Shown: piece after piece, positions 1-10,465 of the stretch
Layout: every line of letters starts with the position of its first letter
Position numbering within the stretch: position 1 is the first letter of the stretch
Virus record (IMG/VR): IMGVR_UViG_3300028805_003982
Strand: one strand, 5' to 3'
DNA length: 64,000 nucleotides
Source of the DNA: a virus
Taxonomy: Duplodnaviria; Caudoviricetes
Made by a program: the position numbers and the translations under genes
The notes under the pieces: model-generated
The model's input: the letters and a program-made list of their open reading frames with translations, nothing else
What the model was told of the DNA's origin: nothing
The model's database searches: none

Positions 1-37
1 CCATAAGAGCCTAACTATTGGGTTTAAGACGGACTGC

Positions 38-715
38 ATGTTTACTGCGGATATGTTGCCCTTCGTGTCGGCCAAGATCATTATTGCGGTAATGAGTGAT
101 CTTACCAGGCAAAAGGATCAGCAGACTTTTAATCAGGGCAAAGAGAATCCTTCGGACGAGTTAGACAGACTAAAAGACCTTTGTTCTGAACAGCAGATGA
201 CCATAAATAGGCTCAAGGCTAAACTAAACTCCGTATCCGGCGGTCAGAACAAACAATCTCTGCAAGGTTATGATGCACGCGAAGAACAGCGTAAACTAAA
301 CAAGCTTCAAAAACAATATGACAAACTGATGGATAAGTATCAAAGACTTCTTGCCGAAGAGGAGATAGACGAAGCCGCAGGGGATCTGTTGGACGCTGAA
401 GATACGGAAACTGCCGGGCTGCGTGTTACGGACCGCATATATTTCTGCAGAACCCTGCCTAATAATCTTGCGGTGGCCGGTATGGACGAACGTCTTAAAG
501 CTAAGTTCCCTAACAGTAATGCGGGTGATAACATTCCCGTCAATATTGACACTTATGATGCGGTCGTCATACTGACCCGTTATATGAAGCACGGACACTA
601 TTGGGGCGTGCGGGATACTTGCAAAAGACGCGGGGTTCCCGTATATCACTGTTTTGAATGGAATGTTGACGCTATAGCCCGCAGGCTTGAAGGCGGAAGC
701 AATTATTCTTTGTAA
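38..715 (+). CDS. Coiled-coil protein with C-terminal DUF2325-like domain (probably 5'-truncated by the window edge)
   Basis: Frame is open upstream to the window start; C-terminal DAVVILTRYMKH..YWGVRDTCKRRGVPV resembles DUF2325. Confidence 0.55.
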   Translation: MFTADMLPFVSAKIIIAVMSDLTRQKDQQTFNQGKENPSDELDRLKDLCSEQQMTINRLKAKLNSVSGGQNKQSLQGYDAREEQRKLNKLQKQYDKLMDKYQRLLAEEEIDEAAGDLLDAEDTETAGLRVTDRIYFCRTLPNNLAVAGMDERLKAKFPNSNAGDNIPVNIDTYDAVVILTRYMKHGHYWGVRDTCKRRGVPVYHCFEWNVDAIARRLEGGSNYSL

Positions 716-727
716 GGGAGGTTTACC

Positions 728-1156
728 ATGCTGCAGTATACAGACGATCATTTGTGTTATCTTGTTCAGCAATTGTGTAAGCGGGATAAGGATCTGTTGT
801 TTGACAAGGAAGCTAAGGAGTTGGTTGAAGAACTTATGGTCAGGTTTGATATAAACAGAAAAATCCTTGAGGAGCAGCGGATCAGATTGGAAGAGATAGA
901 TCGGGAGGCTTATAAGAACGAAGAATTGCATTCCTTGGAGGAAGCCAACCGGGTTCTTAAGGATCAGCTCAAGGATAAGATAGGTCTTACTCTGAGAGAA
1001 AGAAACAGATTAAATGAATGGACAAAACAGCACGAGGAGTCTGACAAGACGGTAATACACACATACAGTTATGTCCTCCACCCTTTAGGGGATACCGGAA
1101 GATATATATGTAACGTAGTCAGATGCTCGTGCGGAGCCGAGTGCATTGTCATTTAA
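728..1156 (+). CDS. Hypothetical coiled-coil protein
   Basis: GGAGG RBS; C-terminal Cys cluster (CNVVRCSCG). Confidence 0.6.
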   Translation: MLQYTDDHLCYLVQQLCKRDKDLLFDKEAKELVEELMVRFDINRKILEEQRIRLEEIDREAYKNEELHSLEEANRVLKDQLKDKIGLTLRERNRLNEWTKQHEESDKTVIHTYSYVLHPLGDTGRYICNVVRCSCGAECIVI

Positions 1157-1231
1157 TTTTTATGTTAACGACTCATTGTATAGATATTCCGATGATACAA
1201 TGCCTACCAAATAATAAAGGAGGACGCGTTT

Positions 1232-2074
1232 ATGAAAAAGTTAATGAGTTTGGTATTAATATCTTCCCTGCTTATCGGGTGCTGCGCCTGTAGCGGTAAA
1301 GACAACGGATCTTCTGATCCCGTAAGCCCCGGCGAAACTGAGGTAACGGAAGAGTCGGTAAAAACAGATACTTCATCTGATATCATAAATCTGTTGAATA
1401 CTGTTCCATCAAACGGTATGAAGGGTTCTGCTTTTGAAGCATCCCTCGGAAAAGATTTTAAGTTGTTCCTTAAAACAGGCGACGGTATCATGTATAGGAA
1501 TCTCGCAGCTTACAGAGCTGACGGAACGGACGAGTCCCAGATAAAGTCATATACTATCAACGGTTTTGATACAGAAAGTCAGATGGATGGTGATGTAGCT
1601 TTTAAAAGGCTTGATTATTCGACGGATTCATTGGGCTACGAAAGAACCACTTGGCAGGCGGAAAGTCTGTATGAGAGTTCTTTTTATGTGACATCGGTCT
1701 ATGCGACAATAACCACTTACGCTGAAGCTGAAGCCGTGTATGAGTCCCTTTTAACATATTATAAAGGCATCTACCCTAATATATCGGATGTTCGAGACAA
1801 TGCTAAATGGATCGCGAACGCCGATAATGCAATAAAGGTGTCAGATCCGGCCAAGAATATGTTTGACAACGATTCGAAACTGATGAAACAATACTCTGAG
1901 TATATAAGTACTGACGACAACGGGAATGAGGTCTTCATATACAACCCGGCTCCTCAGATATTGACTATGTCTCGTTTGGGTAACGGGACATACGAAATAT
2001 GTGCTACCAATTACATAGCCGCATTTGATATGTTAGAGTTTGTCGAAAGCGTACGTGATCTTAAAGCTTCATAA
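1232..2074 (+). CDS. Putative lipoprotein
   Basis: AAGGAGG RBS; signal peptide with Cys lipobox-like region (LLIGCCACSG). Confidence 0.7.
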   Translation: MKKLMSLVLISSLLIGCCACSGKDNGSSDPVSPGETEVTEESVKTDTSSDIINLLNTVPSNGMKGSAFEASLGKDFKLFLKTGDGIMYRNLAAYRADGTDESQIKSYTINGFDTESQMDGDVAFKRLDYSTDSLGYERTTWQAESLYESSFYVTSVYATITTYAEAEAVYESLLTYYKGIYPNISDVRDNAKWIANADNAIKVSDPAKNMFDNDSKLMKQYSEYISTDDNGNEVFIYNPAPQILTMSRLGNGTYEICATNYIAAFDMLEFVESVRDLKAS

Positions 2075-2100
2075 TATAATCGAATTAATTAGCCAACAAG

Positions 2101-2129
2101 TAAACCCGCAACCTGCGGGTTTATTTTTG
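2101..2129 (+). terminator. Intrinsic terminator
   Basis: TAAACCCGCA-acc-TGCGGGTTTA hairpin followed by T-run. Confidence 0.7.
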
Positions 2130-2195
2130 TAGTTTGTTCTAAATAAACCGTAATAAGTAATAATACTTCTTAGAATATGGTTTAAGGAGAAAAGC

Positions 2196-2786
2196 ATGGG
2201 GCGCATTCTTTTTATTGCTGATACGCACTTCGGTGACTCAGGTATATCCAAGTATCAAGCCGGTATAGACGATGTCAAGGTTAGAGATGACATGCTGCTT
2301 TCCTTTTGGAATGACAACGTGCATCGCAGCGATGATGTTTACATTCTCGGAGATCTTATCAGTCACGCACACAAACCGTTCGAATGGTATTTGAAAAGGC
2401 TTCCGGGGCACCTGCATCTTATCGAGGGAAATCACGACTATGATCTGGTGAGATCCAGAAATGCTATGAAATATTTTGAGAGTGTGGATCAGATCAAGTT
2501 CGTCAGAGACGTTGATTCTGACGGGCACGGTGCGATCCTTTGTCACTACCCCATAGCGGAATGGAACGGCTACAGAAAAGGCGTTAATCATGTTTACGGA
2601 CATATTCATGGGCAGCCCGGCAGCGCGGACGTAGCACAATTTATGAAAGATAAAAGCGAAAAAGGATTTGGGGTTGCCATAAACTGCGGTGCTACCCCGA
2701 TCCCGACCCCGCCAATGGAGTTTGAGGAATGGTTGAAGCGTTCGATTGCCGACAACTCCGGCACAGACATTAGCACTTTGTTATAA
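2196..2786 (+). CDS. Calcineurin-like metallophosphoesterase
   Basis: DTHFG, LGD, GNHD and GHIH motifs. Confidence 0.85.
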   Translation: MGRILFIADTHFGDSGISKYQAGIDDVKVRDDMLLSFWNDNVHRSDDVYILGDLISHAHKPFEWYLKRLPGHLHLIEGNHDYDLVRSRNAMKYFESVDQIKFVRDVDSDGHGAILCHYPIAEWNGYRKGVNHVYGHIHGQPGSADVAQFMKDKSEKGFGVAINCGATPIPTPPMEFEEWLKRSIADNSGTDISTLL

Positions 2787-2797
2787 GGAGGTTTTAT

Positions 2798-3334
2798 ATG
2801 GGTTACAGATCTGATGTTGTCATACTGGCTACAGAAAGCATTGCAAAAAGGATCATCGAGATGTCTAAAGAAGCTTCTTACATTCCCGATAGCATCGAGA
2901 AAGGCACCGGTGTGTTTTACACTAACGAAAAATATGAGTGTGCTAAATATGCGTGTGTTGGTGATAAAGGGCCTAGAACGGGATATCAGACCAGCTATGT
3001 TATCAAGTGGAATAATGTGAAATGGTATAAGGATGACCCTTTTGTTATGATGGTTAACGAGTTCTTATCCGATTTTGATGATTCGCATGACAGTTTTGAA
3101 AAGTGCGCTTCTTTTGACAGTGACGGTAAAGTTACCGGTGTGGATGCATTTGTTTTCCATGAAATAGGTGTATATGATGTCGAGGATTACACGGTTATCA
3201 AATCTGCTTGTGCTTGGGATACATCTTTGATCAGTTCGGGGTTAATGAGATCTATAGATTACGAAGACGCGGTTATGCAGACAGATGAGATAGAAGTATC
3301 AGATATCGTTTCTGATACAGGCGAGCATTTGTAA
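2798..3334 (+). CDS. Hypothetical protein
   Basis: GGAGG RBS, operonic spacing. Confidence 0.6.
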   Translation: MGYRSDVVILATESIAKRIIEMSKEASYIPDSIEKGTGVFYTNEKYECAKYACVGDKGPRTGYQTSYVIKWNNVKWYKDDPFVMMVNEFLSDFDDSHDSFEKCASFDSDGKVTGVDAFVFHEIGVYDVEDYTVIKSACAWDTSLISSGLMRSIDYEDAVMQTDEIEVSDIVSDTGEHL

Positions 3335-3350
3335 TGGGAGGATTTGATAT

Positions 3351-3785
3351 ATGAACATGAACAGTTTTGTAAAAAAGTGGGATGGTAAGGGTATTCAAGA
3401 CGATGGGCCCGTGACCAGCGATGAATTCAAAGAGTTTGCAAAGGATTTCAAAGGGGTTCTTAAAGACATGTGTCAGCGAAATGGTTGGAGTCTAGAGGAC
3501 TTTTCCAAGGGTCATTATGACATATCCGGGTTTTTGAGCCGTCCTATGAACAACGGATCTAAGGCTTATATCTATTATAATTTTAATGTTCCCAGAGGAG
3601 AATTTCCTTTATCGTTAAGAACTGAACAGTTCAGACAGGCGTTGCTCTATAGAACTGCTAAAAACATTCATGACTATACCGGCGGGTCTAACAGCTACTG
3701 TGCCGTAGCCGATATGGAAGACTGGATACAGACAAAGTTTGGCAGGATTGAAAGGATGGAAGGCGTTGAGCCAAGATCCTTATAA
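3351..3785 (+). CDS. Hypothetical protein
   Basis: GGAGG RBS, operonic spacing. Confidence 0.6.
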   Translation: MNMNSFVKKWDGKGIQDDGPVTSDEFKEFAKDFKGVLKDMCQRNGWSLEDFSKGHYDISGFLSRPMNNGSKAYIYYNFNVPRGEFPLSLRTEQFRQALLYRTAKNIHDYTGGSNSYCAVADMEDWIQTKFGRIERMEGVEPRSL

Positions 3786-3798
3786 GGAGGAATATAGT

Positions 3799-3966
3799 AT
3801 GAACATTTATTTTAGCGACCTTAATAAAGATGCCCAGCAGCGCCTTTTGGCAGAGGCCGGCATTAATGATCCCAAGGAGGCTAACTGGGATATGGATATA
3901 GTACCTTTGGCTACGATCAACGCCAATGGTTTAGACGATGATGAAGGTTTTGGTATTTCCGATTAA
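3799..3966 (+). CDS. Small acidic hypothetical protein (55 aa)
   Basis: AAGGAGG RBS before ATG at 3799 (start revised from the ORF track). Confidence 0.6.
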   Translation: MNIYFSDLNKDAQQRLLAEAGINDPKEANWDMDIVPLATINANGLDDDEGFGISD

Positions 3967-4014
3967 TGTAATAATATGTATATAATAATATGATAACTAT
4001 ATAAGGGGCTTGTT

Positions 4015-5235
4015 ATGGGCAAAAAGTTTGTTGTAGATGTTGCGGAATATGAACTCATGCATAAAGACAGGGTGGTAGCTACTGTATATATGGATGAGGA
4101 TTATATGAACATACTCGGTATAAAAAAGGTGTATTCTGAAAAAGATGTTCCATTAGGTATCAGGGAAAAACCTGATAAGAAGTCACCTGTTAACCGTAAT
4201 AAGCTCCGTGACTGGTGGTCCGGAAGGGTTCTTCCCGCAACCAGAAGACATATACAAGATGCGCTGCATTCGTTAGGGGTTTCTGTACCGTCTAAGTTGT
4301 TGGAATACAATTTCGGATTAAGCCTTTCTGACAGTTATTGGGCAAGACCAGCAGGCAGAAATGATCTGAGCTGGGATAGTCTCAATTTTTACAACAATGA
4401 TTTTGTCGATGATTTAGGTTATTATCTCGTTGAAGATTCTCCTTCATCTGTAACTTACGCCAAAGAGATCAACCTGTTTACTCCGGATGGTACTACAAAC
4501 GGAGATCTTATTAAAGGATGGATTATATCTGACGGTAACAGGTTTCTGTTAAAAAGAGGATACACCCCTGCTCAGGATGCTAACGAAATAATCGCGTCTG
4601 AAATATGCAAAAGACTCGGCATTCCGCACGCTGAATACACAGCCTTCAGATTTTCAAATCTTACGGTTAGCGCCAGTCTTCTTTTCACAAGCGAGTCTGT
4701 TGAATATATCCCTATGATAAGCGTAATAGATTCCTTAAAAGCATCCAACAGCTTATCTGCGTATGAGCATTCAGTTGCGGCTTGCGTAGATCTCGGTATT
4801 CCGGAAGAAGATGTGAGGAAAGGTCTTGAGCAGATGCTGGTGGTAGACTATCTTACAAAGAACTATGACAGACACTACGGTAATTTTGGTGTGTTAAGGA
4901 ATGTTGATACAGGGGAGTTTATAGGTATGGCGCCTGTATTTGATACCGGCAGTTCGTTTAGGTTTGTCAGTCGTGAAGACTCGATCGGAGGTTTGAAGGT
5001 AGCTGAATGTAAGCCTTACAGAAGTACGCACGATAAGCAGATCGAGTATGTAAAGGATCTATGCTGCTATGATTTTGATTCTTTGTCCGATATGAAGGCT
5101 TTTATCGAAAACACTTATGAAACTTTCGGGCTTGATAAAGAGTCCCTCGAATGCAAAGACGCAGTGCGTATATTTGAAAACCAGTTAGACAAGATCAAGA
5201 ACTTGCAGAACAGAATGGACTGCCCGACTCTTTAA
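4015..5235 (+). CDS. HipA/CtkA-like Ser/Thr kinase
   Basis: G-x-x-x-K-x-W, NE..AS.I, DYL..N.DRH.GNFG and AP.FD.G motifs. Confidence 0.8.
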   Translation: MGKKFVVDVAEYELMHKDRVVATVYMDEDYMNILGIKKVYSEKDVPLGIREKPDKKSPVNRNKLRDWWSGRVLPATRRHIQDALHSLGVSVPSKLLEYNFGLSLSDSYWARPAGRNDLSWDSLNFYNNDFVDDLGYYLVEDSPSSVTYAKEINLFTPDGTTNGDLIKGWIISDGNRFLLKRGYTPAQDANEIIASEICKRLGIPHAEYTAFRFSNLTVSASLLFTSESVEYIPMISVIDSLKASNSLSAYEHSVAACVDLGIPEEDVRKGLEQMLVVDYLTKNYDRHYGNFGVLRNVDTGEFIGMAPVFDTGSSFRFVSREDSIGGLKVAECKPYRSTHDKQIEYVKDLCCYDFDSLSDMKAFIENTYETFGLDKESLECKDAVRIFENQLDKIKNLQNRMDCPTL

Positions 5236-5262
5236 ACTTCTGAACCCAATTGCATCTTATAT

Positions 5263-5294
5263 AAACTCCGCAGGCCAAAACAGGCGGAGTTTTT
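5263..5294 (+). terminator. Intrinsic terminator
   Basis: AAACTCCGC...GCGGAGTTTTT hairpin after the kinase gene. Confidence 0.65.
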
Positions 5295-6109
5295 AATTGT
5301 GTTAAAGTGGAACAATCAGAGCCTGCAATTTTGTCCAATTTGTACAAAGGTAACAGGATAGGTAAGGGGCTCGTGTTTGGCACATTAACACAAACGTGAA
5401 GGCGTTTATTATATAAAATGACAATGAAATAGGATTTGATTTTCAAGAGAAGACTGTTTTTATTGCACATGCAATACAGTATTGAGGACGTTTTTTCGTC
5501 ACGTCAACATTTTTTTGGCTCTTATTGGGCTGTTTTAGAAAATCGCACAGGTCCGAATGCACATATTTTTTCAAAGTTAAGAAGAATAATAAGGTGATTT
5601 TCAACAAACGGAGAGCTTGAAAAAATTGTTTTATCGAATTTTTCAAAATTGGAGCAGGTCTCAAAATGTTGAATAATCGAAAAATTAAGCAAAACGCAAG
5701 TTTGCAAAAAAAGTGTGTTTTAGATAAACCAAAAACAAATACGATAAAACAACATTTTATTTTACGACAAATCAAAAAGATTTCTATTTATTATTTATTA
5801 TAATAGTGAAAAGATTATTGAATACCCTAACTTTTGAAATTAATTAAACTTTATTTTTGTAATTCATTTTTTATATATTATTATCGCGCTCTATACATAT
5901 ATAATTTTTATCTTAATGTTTTTTCAAACTTTCGTCATTTCAACAAAATAGCCTTTTGATCAACTTACCTTAAACCTTCCCCGATCCTTCTGCCGGTAAA
6001 ACTTGTTCTACCTTTAATTTTGTCTGTAATAATTAACTCATAATAAAGATCTCTTTGCTTGGGGGCTTTGAAAGAGATCTTTTAATAAATGTGATAAGGA
6101 GTGTTTTGT

Positions 6110-6568
6110 ATGGCAATCAAAAACATTTCAGACGAGATCAGAGCCAAATATGAGCTTTATAAACCTTTAGACTTCAGTCCGAAGGCAGTTGATAATTTTG
6201 ATAAATACTACAGGGCTTTCGTGAGTGCTATCGTGGATGACGTTTCAGGTCCTGACGGCATTGCCGAAGTCAGAAGGTTCCCGTGTTTTATGGATAATGA
6301 TGATTACGGAGTGTTTTCCTTCCGTTTCAATCTGGTTAATGTTGGCGACGATAATATACATATAAGTATGGTTTCCGAAGATGAATCCCTCGATTTCAGT
6401 CTCAGAGAAGCGTATGTAAAGAATGAAGGAGATAACCTGTCTTCCTGGTTATATGACTTTACTGATAACGGCAAAGCTAAAGTCCTCTCTGATGACAGGT
6501 CTTCTGAAACTACTCTTTCCGAGCTTCTTAAAAGCATTAAAAGTCCTGAACATGATTTTGTTTTATAA
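6110..6568 (+). CDS. Hypothetical protein
   Basis: Open frame ahead of the PARP gene; start at ATG 6110 or GTG 6101. Confidence 0.55.
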   Translation: MAIKNISDEIRAKYELYKPLDFSPKAVDNFDKYYRAFVSAIVDDVSGPDGIAEVRRFPCFMDNDDYGVFSFRFNLVNVGDDNIHISMVSEDESLDFSLREAYVKNEGDNLSSWLYDFTDNGKAKVLSDDRSSETTLSELLKSIKSPEHDFVL

Positions 6569-6580
6569 AGGAGAGTTGCT

Positions 6581-8110
6581 ATGGCTGATAAAGACCTTTC
6601 GATCAAGATTACTACAAAAAACGGTGCTGTAATAGCTTCTGATGTCGTTGAAAATTCTCAAAACGCTTGTTTTGAGTTTATCGGCAAAGTGTTTAAGCAG
6701 CGTGCAGAAGAAGGCATGATCCCGGAAACGCTCTTGGTAGAAACGTCTGCCGGTAATGCATCTTACGCCTTAAATAAAAGGGGCACTTACGTACGCAACA
6801 GTGACGGAGCCACTATGCCGTCAATGTTTGTTGTTGAACATTATAATAATATAATCACCATGGATGAGAGTCCCGATTATAAAGAAAAGTATCTTACCTG
6901 CGTTAACTTCGGCAGCAATAACTATAAGTACTATTGGTTAAAGCCGGGGCCTAACGGCATTGATGCCACTTATGGCAGAATAGGAGCCAAGAAAGGCGAG
7001 ATGTTCGGTGAAAAGTCTTTGGACGAGCCTTATCCCGAGCATATGTATTGGATCAGGTATTACGAAAAACTGTCTAAAGGATATGAAGATTCTACAGATA
7101 TTTATCTTAACGAAGAAACCGTCGATGCCAAGACTACTGACGCAGACGATTCTCAGGTTGTAGATGTTGCTAAAACAAATAACGCAGTTGTTGACGCCCC
7201 GTCTATGGCTCTTTACAGAAAACTTAAGGCTTGTTCCAGACAGTACGTACAGGATCGAGTCAGTATAAGCACACAGAAGATCACTTCTGCTCATTTTGAA
7301 GCTTGTACCAAATCTCTTAAAGAACTTTATGATCTTGCTAACGGCGGCTGTTCTGTCGACGCTTTTAATAATCAGCTCAGAAAACTTCTTATGATAGTTC
7401 CACGCCCTGCTCGTTTTATCGAAGAGGCGGTGGCGCATTCCTCTAAGGATTTTGCCAAGGTGCTCGATAGAGAGCAGACACTTGTTAATGCTATGCAGTG
7501 TCTTGTAGCTGATCATGTAGCACTTAAAACGGAAGACGGTTTCGGAAGTCATAACATTAAGGTGTATGAGGCTACCGATAAGCAGAAGGAAGAAGTTCTT
7601 AAAAAGCTTCCTGCCAATCTGGCAAGCTGCGTAAAGCACGTTTACAGGGTTATACCGGAAGGACAGAAAGCAAAATTCAATCAGTATCTTGAGGATAATC
7701 ACATACATAAGGTAAAACAGTTCTGGCACGGTTCCCGCACAGAAAACTGGTTTTCCATTATATTGAACTCGCTTCAGCTTTCCCCGGATGCCGTCACAAC
7801 AGGAAAGATGTTCGGTCAAGGCATCTATTTTGCCCCGTCGGCGCAAAAGTCTTGGGGTTATACTTCCGGCCGCGGTTCCTATTGGGCGCACGGGCGCGAT
7901 AATACTTCATATATGGGACTGTTTGCGACCGCCTACGGACATCCGTATGATGTAAATTCCGCATTGGGATCTTATTTTAACAAGAGTGGGCTGCCTCGCG
8001 GAACTGACTGCGTTCATGCACATGCCGGTACTCAGCTCCGTAATGACGAGGTTATCTTTTATGATGAAAGTGCGGTGCTGTTGAATTACATAGTTGAGTT
8101 TGAAAACTGA
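6581..8110 (+). CDS. Bacterial poly(ADP-ribose) polymerase (WGR-like domain plus PARP catalytic domain)
   Basis: WGR-like NNYKYY...ATYGRIG; catalytic WHGS, GKMFGQGIYFA, KSWGY, DCVHA, LRNDEVIFY (H-Y-E triad intact). Confidence 0.85.
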   Translation: MADKDLSIKITTKNGAVIASDVVENSQNACFEFIGKVFKQRAEEGMIPETLLVETSAGNASYALNKRGTYVRNSDGATMPSMFVVEHYNNIITMDESPDYKEKYLTCVNFGSNNYKYYWLKPGPNGIDATYGRIGAKKGEMFGEKSLDEPYPEHMYWIRYYEKLSKGYEDSTDIYLNEETVDAKTTDADDSQVVDVAKTNNAVVDAPSMALYRKLKACSRQYVQDRVSISTQKITSAHFEACTKSLKELYDLANGGCSVDAFNNQLRKLLMIVPRPARFIEEAVAHSSKDFAKVLDREQTLVNAMQCLVADHVALKTEDGFGSHNIKVYEATDKQKEEVLKKLPANLASCVKHVYRVIPEGQKAKFNQYLEDNHIHKVKQFWHGSRTENWFSIILNSLQLSPDAVTTGKMFGQGIYFAPSAQKSWGYTSGRGSYWAHGRDNTSYMGLFATAYGHPYDVNSALGSYFNKSGLPRGTDCVHAHAGTQLRNDEVIFYDESAVLLNYIVEFEN

Positions 8111-8123
8111 TCAGACTAATCGC

Positions 8124-8150
8124 AAAGAGGGAAATCAGTTCCCTCTTTTT
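8124..8150 (+). terminator. Intrinsic terminator
   Basis: AAAGAGGGAA...TTCCCTCTTTTT. Confidence 0.75.
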
Positions 8151-8256
8151 GTTGTAGAACAATCGTAGGAATACAATTAGTAAAATTTGCTGTTATACTT
8201 AAATTGTCCCTATATAGTGTATCTTGACGGGACTTTTTTACGGAGGTCATTATTAA

Positions 8257-10464
8257 ATGATAGGTATTTTGGTAGAAAAAAGCTCAGCGCGAGACAATTT
8301 TAAGAAGGCTCTGGGCGGTTATAGCGGGACTTTTGACGGACAGGAATACTTGATCGTTGCCGCAGCAGGCCACGTTTATGAGTATCGCCAGCCCGAAGAT
8401 ATGGTCAGCGAGGAACTCTATAATCGTTACAAGAAATGGAACCTTGATTATTTGCCTTGGAATCACAAAGATTTCAGCTGGGTTAAAAAAGTGTGTGATG
8501 ATAAGAAAGAGGTTTTTAAGCGCGTAAAAGAAGCCCTTTCTGGTTGTGATGAAGTAGTTATAGCAACTGATGATGACCCTACCGGAGAAGGCGAGATGAT
8601 CGCCTGGGAACTGTTTGACGGCATAAAGCTTAAAGGGAAAAAGATTTCCCGTATGTATTTTGCCGATGAACAGGAGAAGGAAATACGTAAGGCATTCAAG
8701 AACCGAGTGCCGATTACGTCAAAAGAGGAAGATAAGGATTATATCAAAGCTGAGTTCCGTGAACGCTGGGATTATCTGTCAATGCAGTGGACCCGCATGA
8801 TGACTTGCATCGCTCCCGACAGGGCCAAATTAGTTACAGGACGTGTTAAGGGATATATGACGGTGCGTGTCGGTGACCAGCTTGAGCTGATCAAGAACTA
8901 TAAAGAGATACCTTTTTACGAAAACCGTTTTAAGGATGATCACGGTATAGTCTATTCCAACAAGGAAGAAGAAAAATATGCGAGCAAAGAGGAAGTCCCT
9001 CAGATCTATCATTCTTCTGAGGTTGTGTTGGACAATACTCAGCGCAAGCATTCAGGTCCTCCCGCGTTGCTTGACATGTCTTCGCTTGCCGCCGTTCTTG
9101 CAGAAAAAGGCTACAGTGCAAATCAGGTTAAAAATACATATCAGAAAATGTATGAAAACCAGGTTTTGTCATATCCGCGTACTGCAGATAAGACCATTAC
9201 GCCGGATCAGTTTGCAGAACTTCTGCCTTTAGCAGATGATATTGCCAAGGTGATCGGAGTCGATCCTTCCCTGTTAACTCATCGTGAGCCCAGAAAAACA
9301 CATGTTAAAGCTGACAGTGGTGCCCACGGAGCTAACCGTCCGGGTCCCAATGTACCCAAGTCTTTAAAAGAACTTGAGGACAATTACGGGGGCAAGTTGG
9401 CTTCTGCGATCTACGTGATCCTTGCAAGAAACTTTTTAGCTCTGCTTGGTGAAGACTATGTGTATGATCATCAGACAGGGCATGTTAAAGACTATCCGCA
9501 GTTTATAGGAAGCTGTAATATCCCGGTTGACTACGGTTTTAAAAAGATCTTCGACATCAAGGATTCCGAAGAAAACAAGGACATCAATGCGCAGGGGCTT
9601 GGCACTAAGGCTGATCCTTTTGTCTATGAAGGATTCCCGCCTAAACCCCAGTCTCCTACGATGCGTTGGCTTATGAAAGAGCTTGAGAAGCATGATGTGG
9701 GAACTGGTGCTACAAGAACTCAGATATATGCTCAGATGACGGATACTAAGAATAAGTGTCATCTTTTTGAAGATACCAAGGGTAAGATCAAGATGACTGA
9801 GTTTGGTGAAGAGGCCTATTATCTGCTGAAAGACACTCATATAGGTTCTCTTGACCTGACAAAACAGCTTTGGGAAGATATCAAGGGTGCCGTAGATGAT
9901 GAGAACAAGGCTAAGATGATCATATCCCAGGTCGCCGTTTTTATTGAAGAAGATATGTCTGTGATGAAAAAGAATGCAGAAGCTCTTCCCGAAAAATTCA
10001 AAAAGAAAGAACAGATCCAGTATCCTAAAAAGGAAAAGTATACAGGCGTCTGGCAGGGAGACAGTGTTACCTTTAATCGTGAATGGATGGGACATAAGTT
10101 TACAGACGATGAGTGTGAGCAGCTTTGCGCCGGCAAAACCATTCAGATAACTTGTGTATCGTCTAAGGGCAAGGAGTATACCTGTAAAGGTTATCTGTCT
10201 GAGCAGGAATTCATCAACGAGAAAAAGCAGAAGGTGTCCTTTGTAGGCTTCTGCAGACTTGATGAGATTCCAGCCGAGTGGTGTCACCACAGATTCAGTC
10301 AGGATGAATTGGATAAGCTGGCTGAGGGTGAATCCATTGAGATAACGGCACACAGCGATACGAAAGGCAAGGATTTTACCTGTAACGTATCGTGGGGCAA
10401 GAATTCCAAAGGATTCATGTCCATTATTCCCGAGTTTGAGAAAAAGATAAAGAAGAGGTCTTGA
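8257..10464 (+). CDS. topB: Type IA DNA topoisomerase (plasmid TopB/TraE-like)
   Basis: N-terminal Toprim (VEK, ATDDDPTGEGE), GRV, catalytic SYPRT, GTGATR; C-terminal repeats W.GH.F...E...L..G..I.I. Confidence 0.85.
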   Translation: MIGILVEKSSARDNFKKALGGYSGTFDGQEYLIVAAAGHVYEYRQPEDMVSEELYNRYKKWNLDYLPWNHKDFSWVKKVCDDKKEVFKRVKEALSGCDEVVIATDDDPTGEGEMIAWELFDGIKLKGKKISRMYFADEQEKEIRKAFKNRVPITSKEEDKDYIKAEFRERWDYLSMQWTRMMTCIAPDRAKLVTGRVKGYMTVRVGDQLELIKNYKEIPFYENRFKDDHGIVYSNKEEEKYASKEEVPQIYHSSEVVLDNTQRKHSGPPALLDMSSLAAVLAEKGYSANQVKNTYQKMYENQVLSYPRTADKTITPDQFAELLPLADDIAKVIGVDPSLLTHREPRKTHVKADSGAHGANRPGPNVPKSLKELEDNYGGKLASAIYVILARNFLALLGEDYVYDHQTGHVKDYPQFIGSCNIPVDYGFKKIFDIKDSEENKDINAQGLGTKADPFVYEGFPPKPQSPTMRWLMKELEKHDVGTGATRTQIYAQMTDTKNKCHLFEDTKGKIKMTEFGEEAYYLLKDTHIGSLDLTKQLWEDIKGAVDDENKAKMIISQVAVFIEEDMSVMKKNAEALPEKFKKKEQIQYPKKEKYTGVWQGDSVTFNREWMGHKFTDDECEQLCAGKTIQITCVSSKGKEYTCKGYLSEQEFINEKKQKVSFVGFCRLDEIPAEWCHHRFSQDELDKLAEGESIEITAHSDTKGKDFTCNVSWGKNSKGFMSIIPEFEKKIKKRS

Positions 10465-10465
10465 T

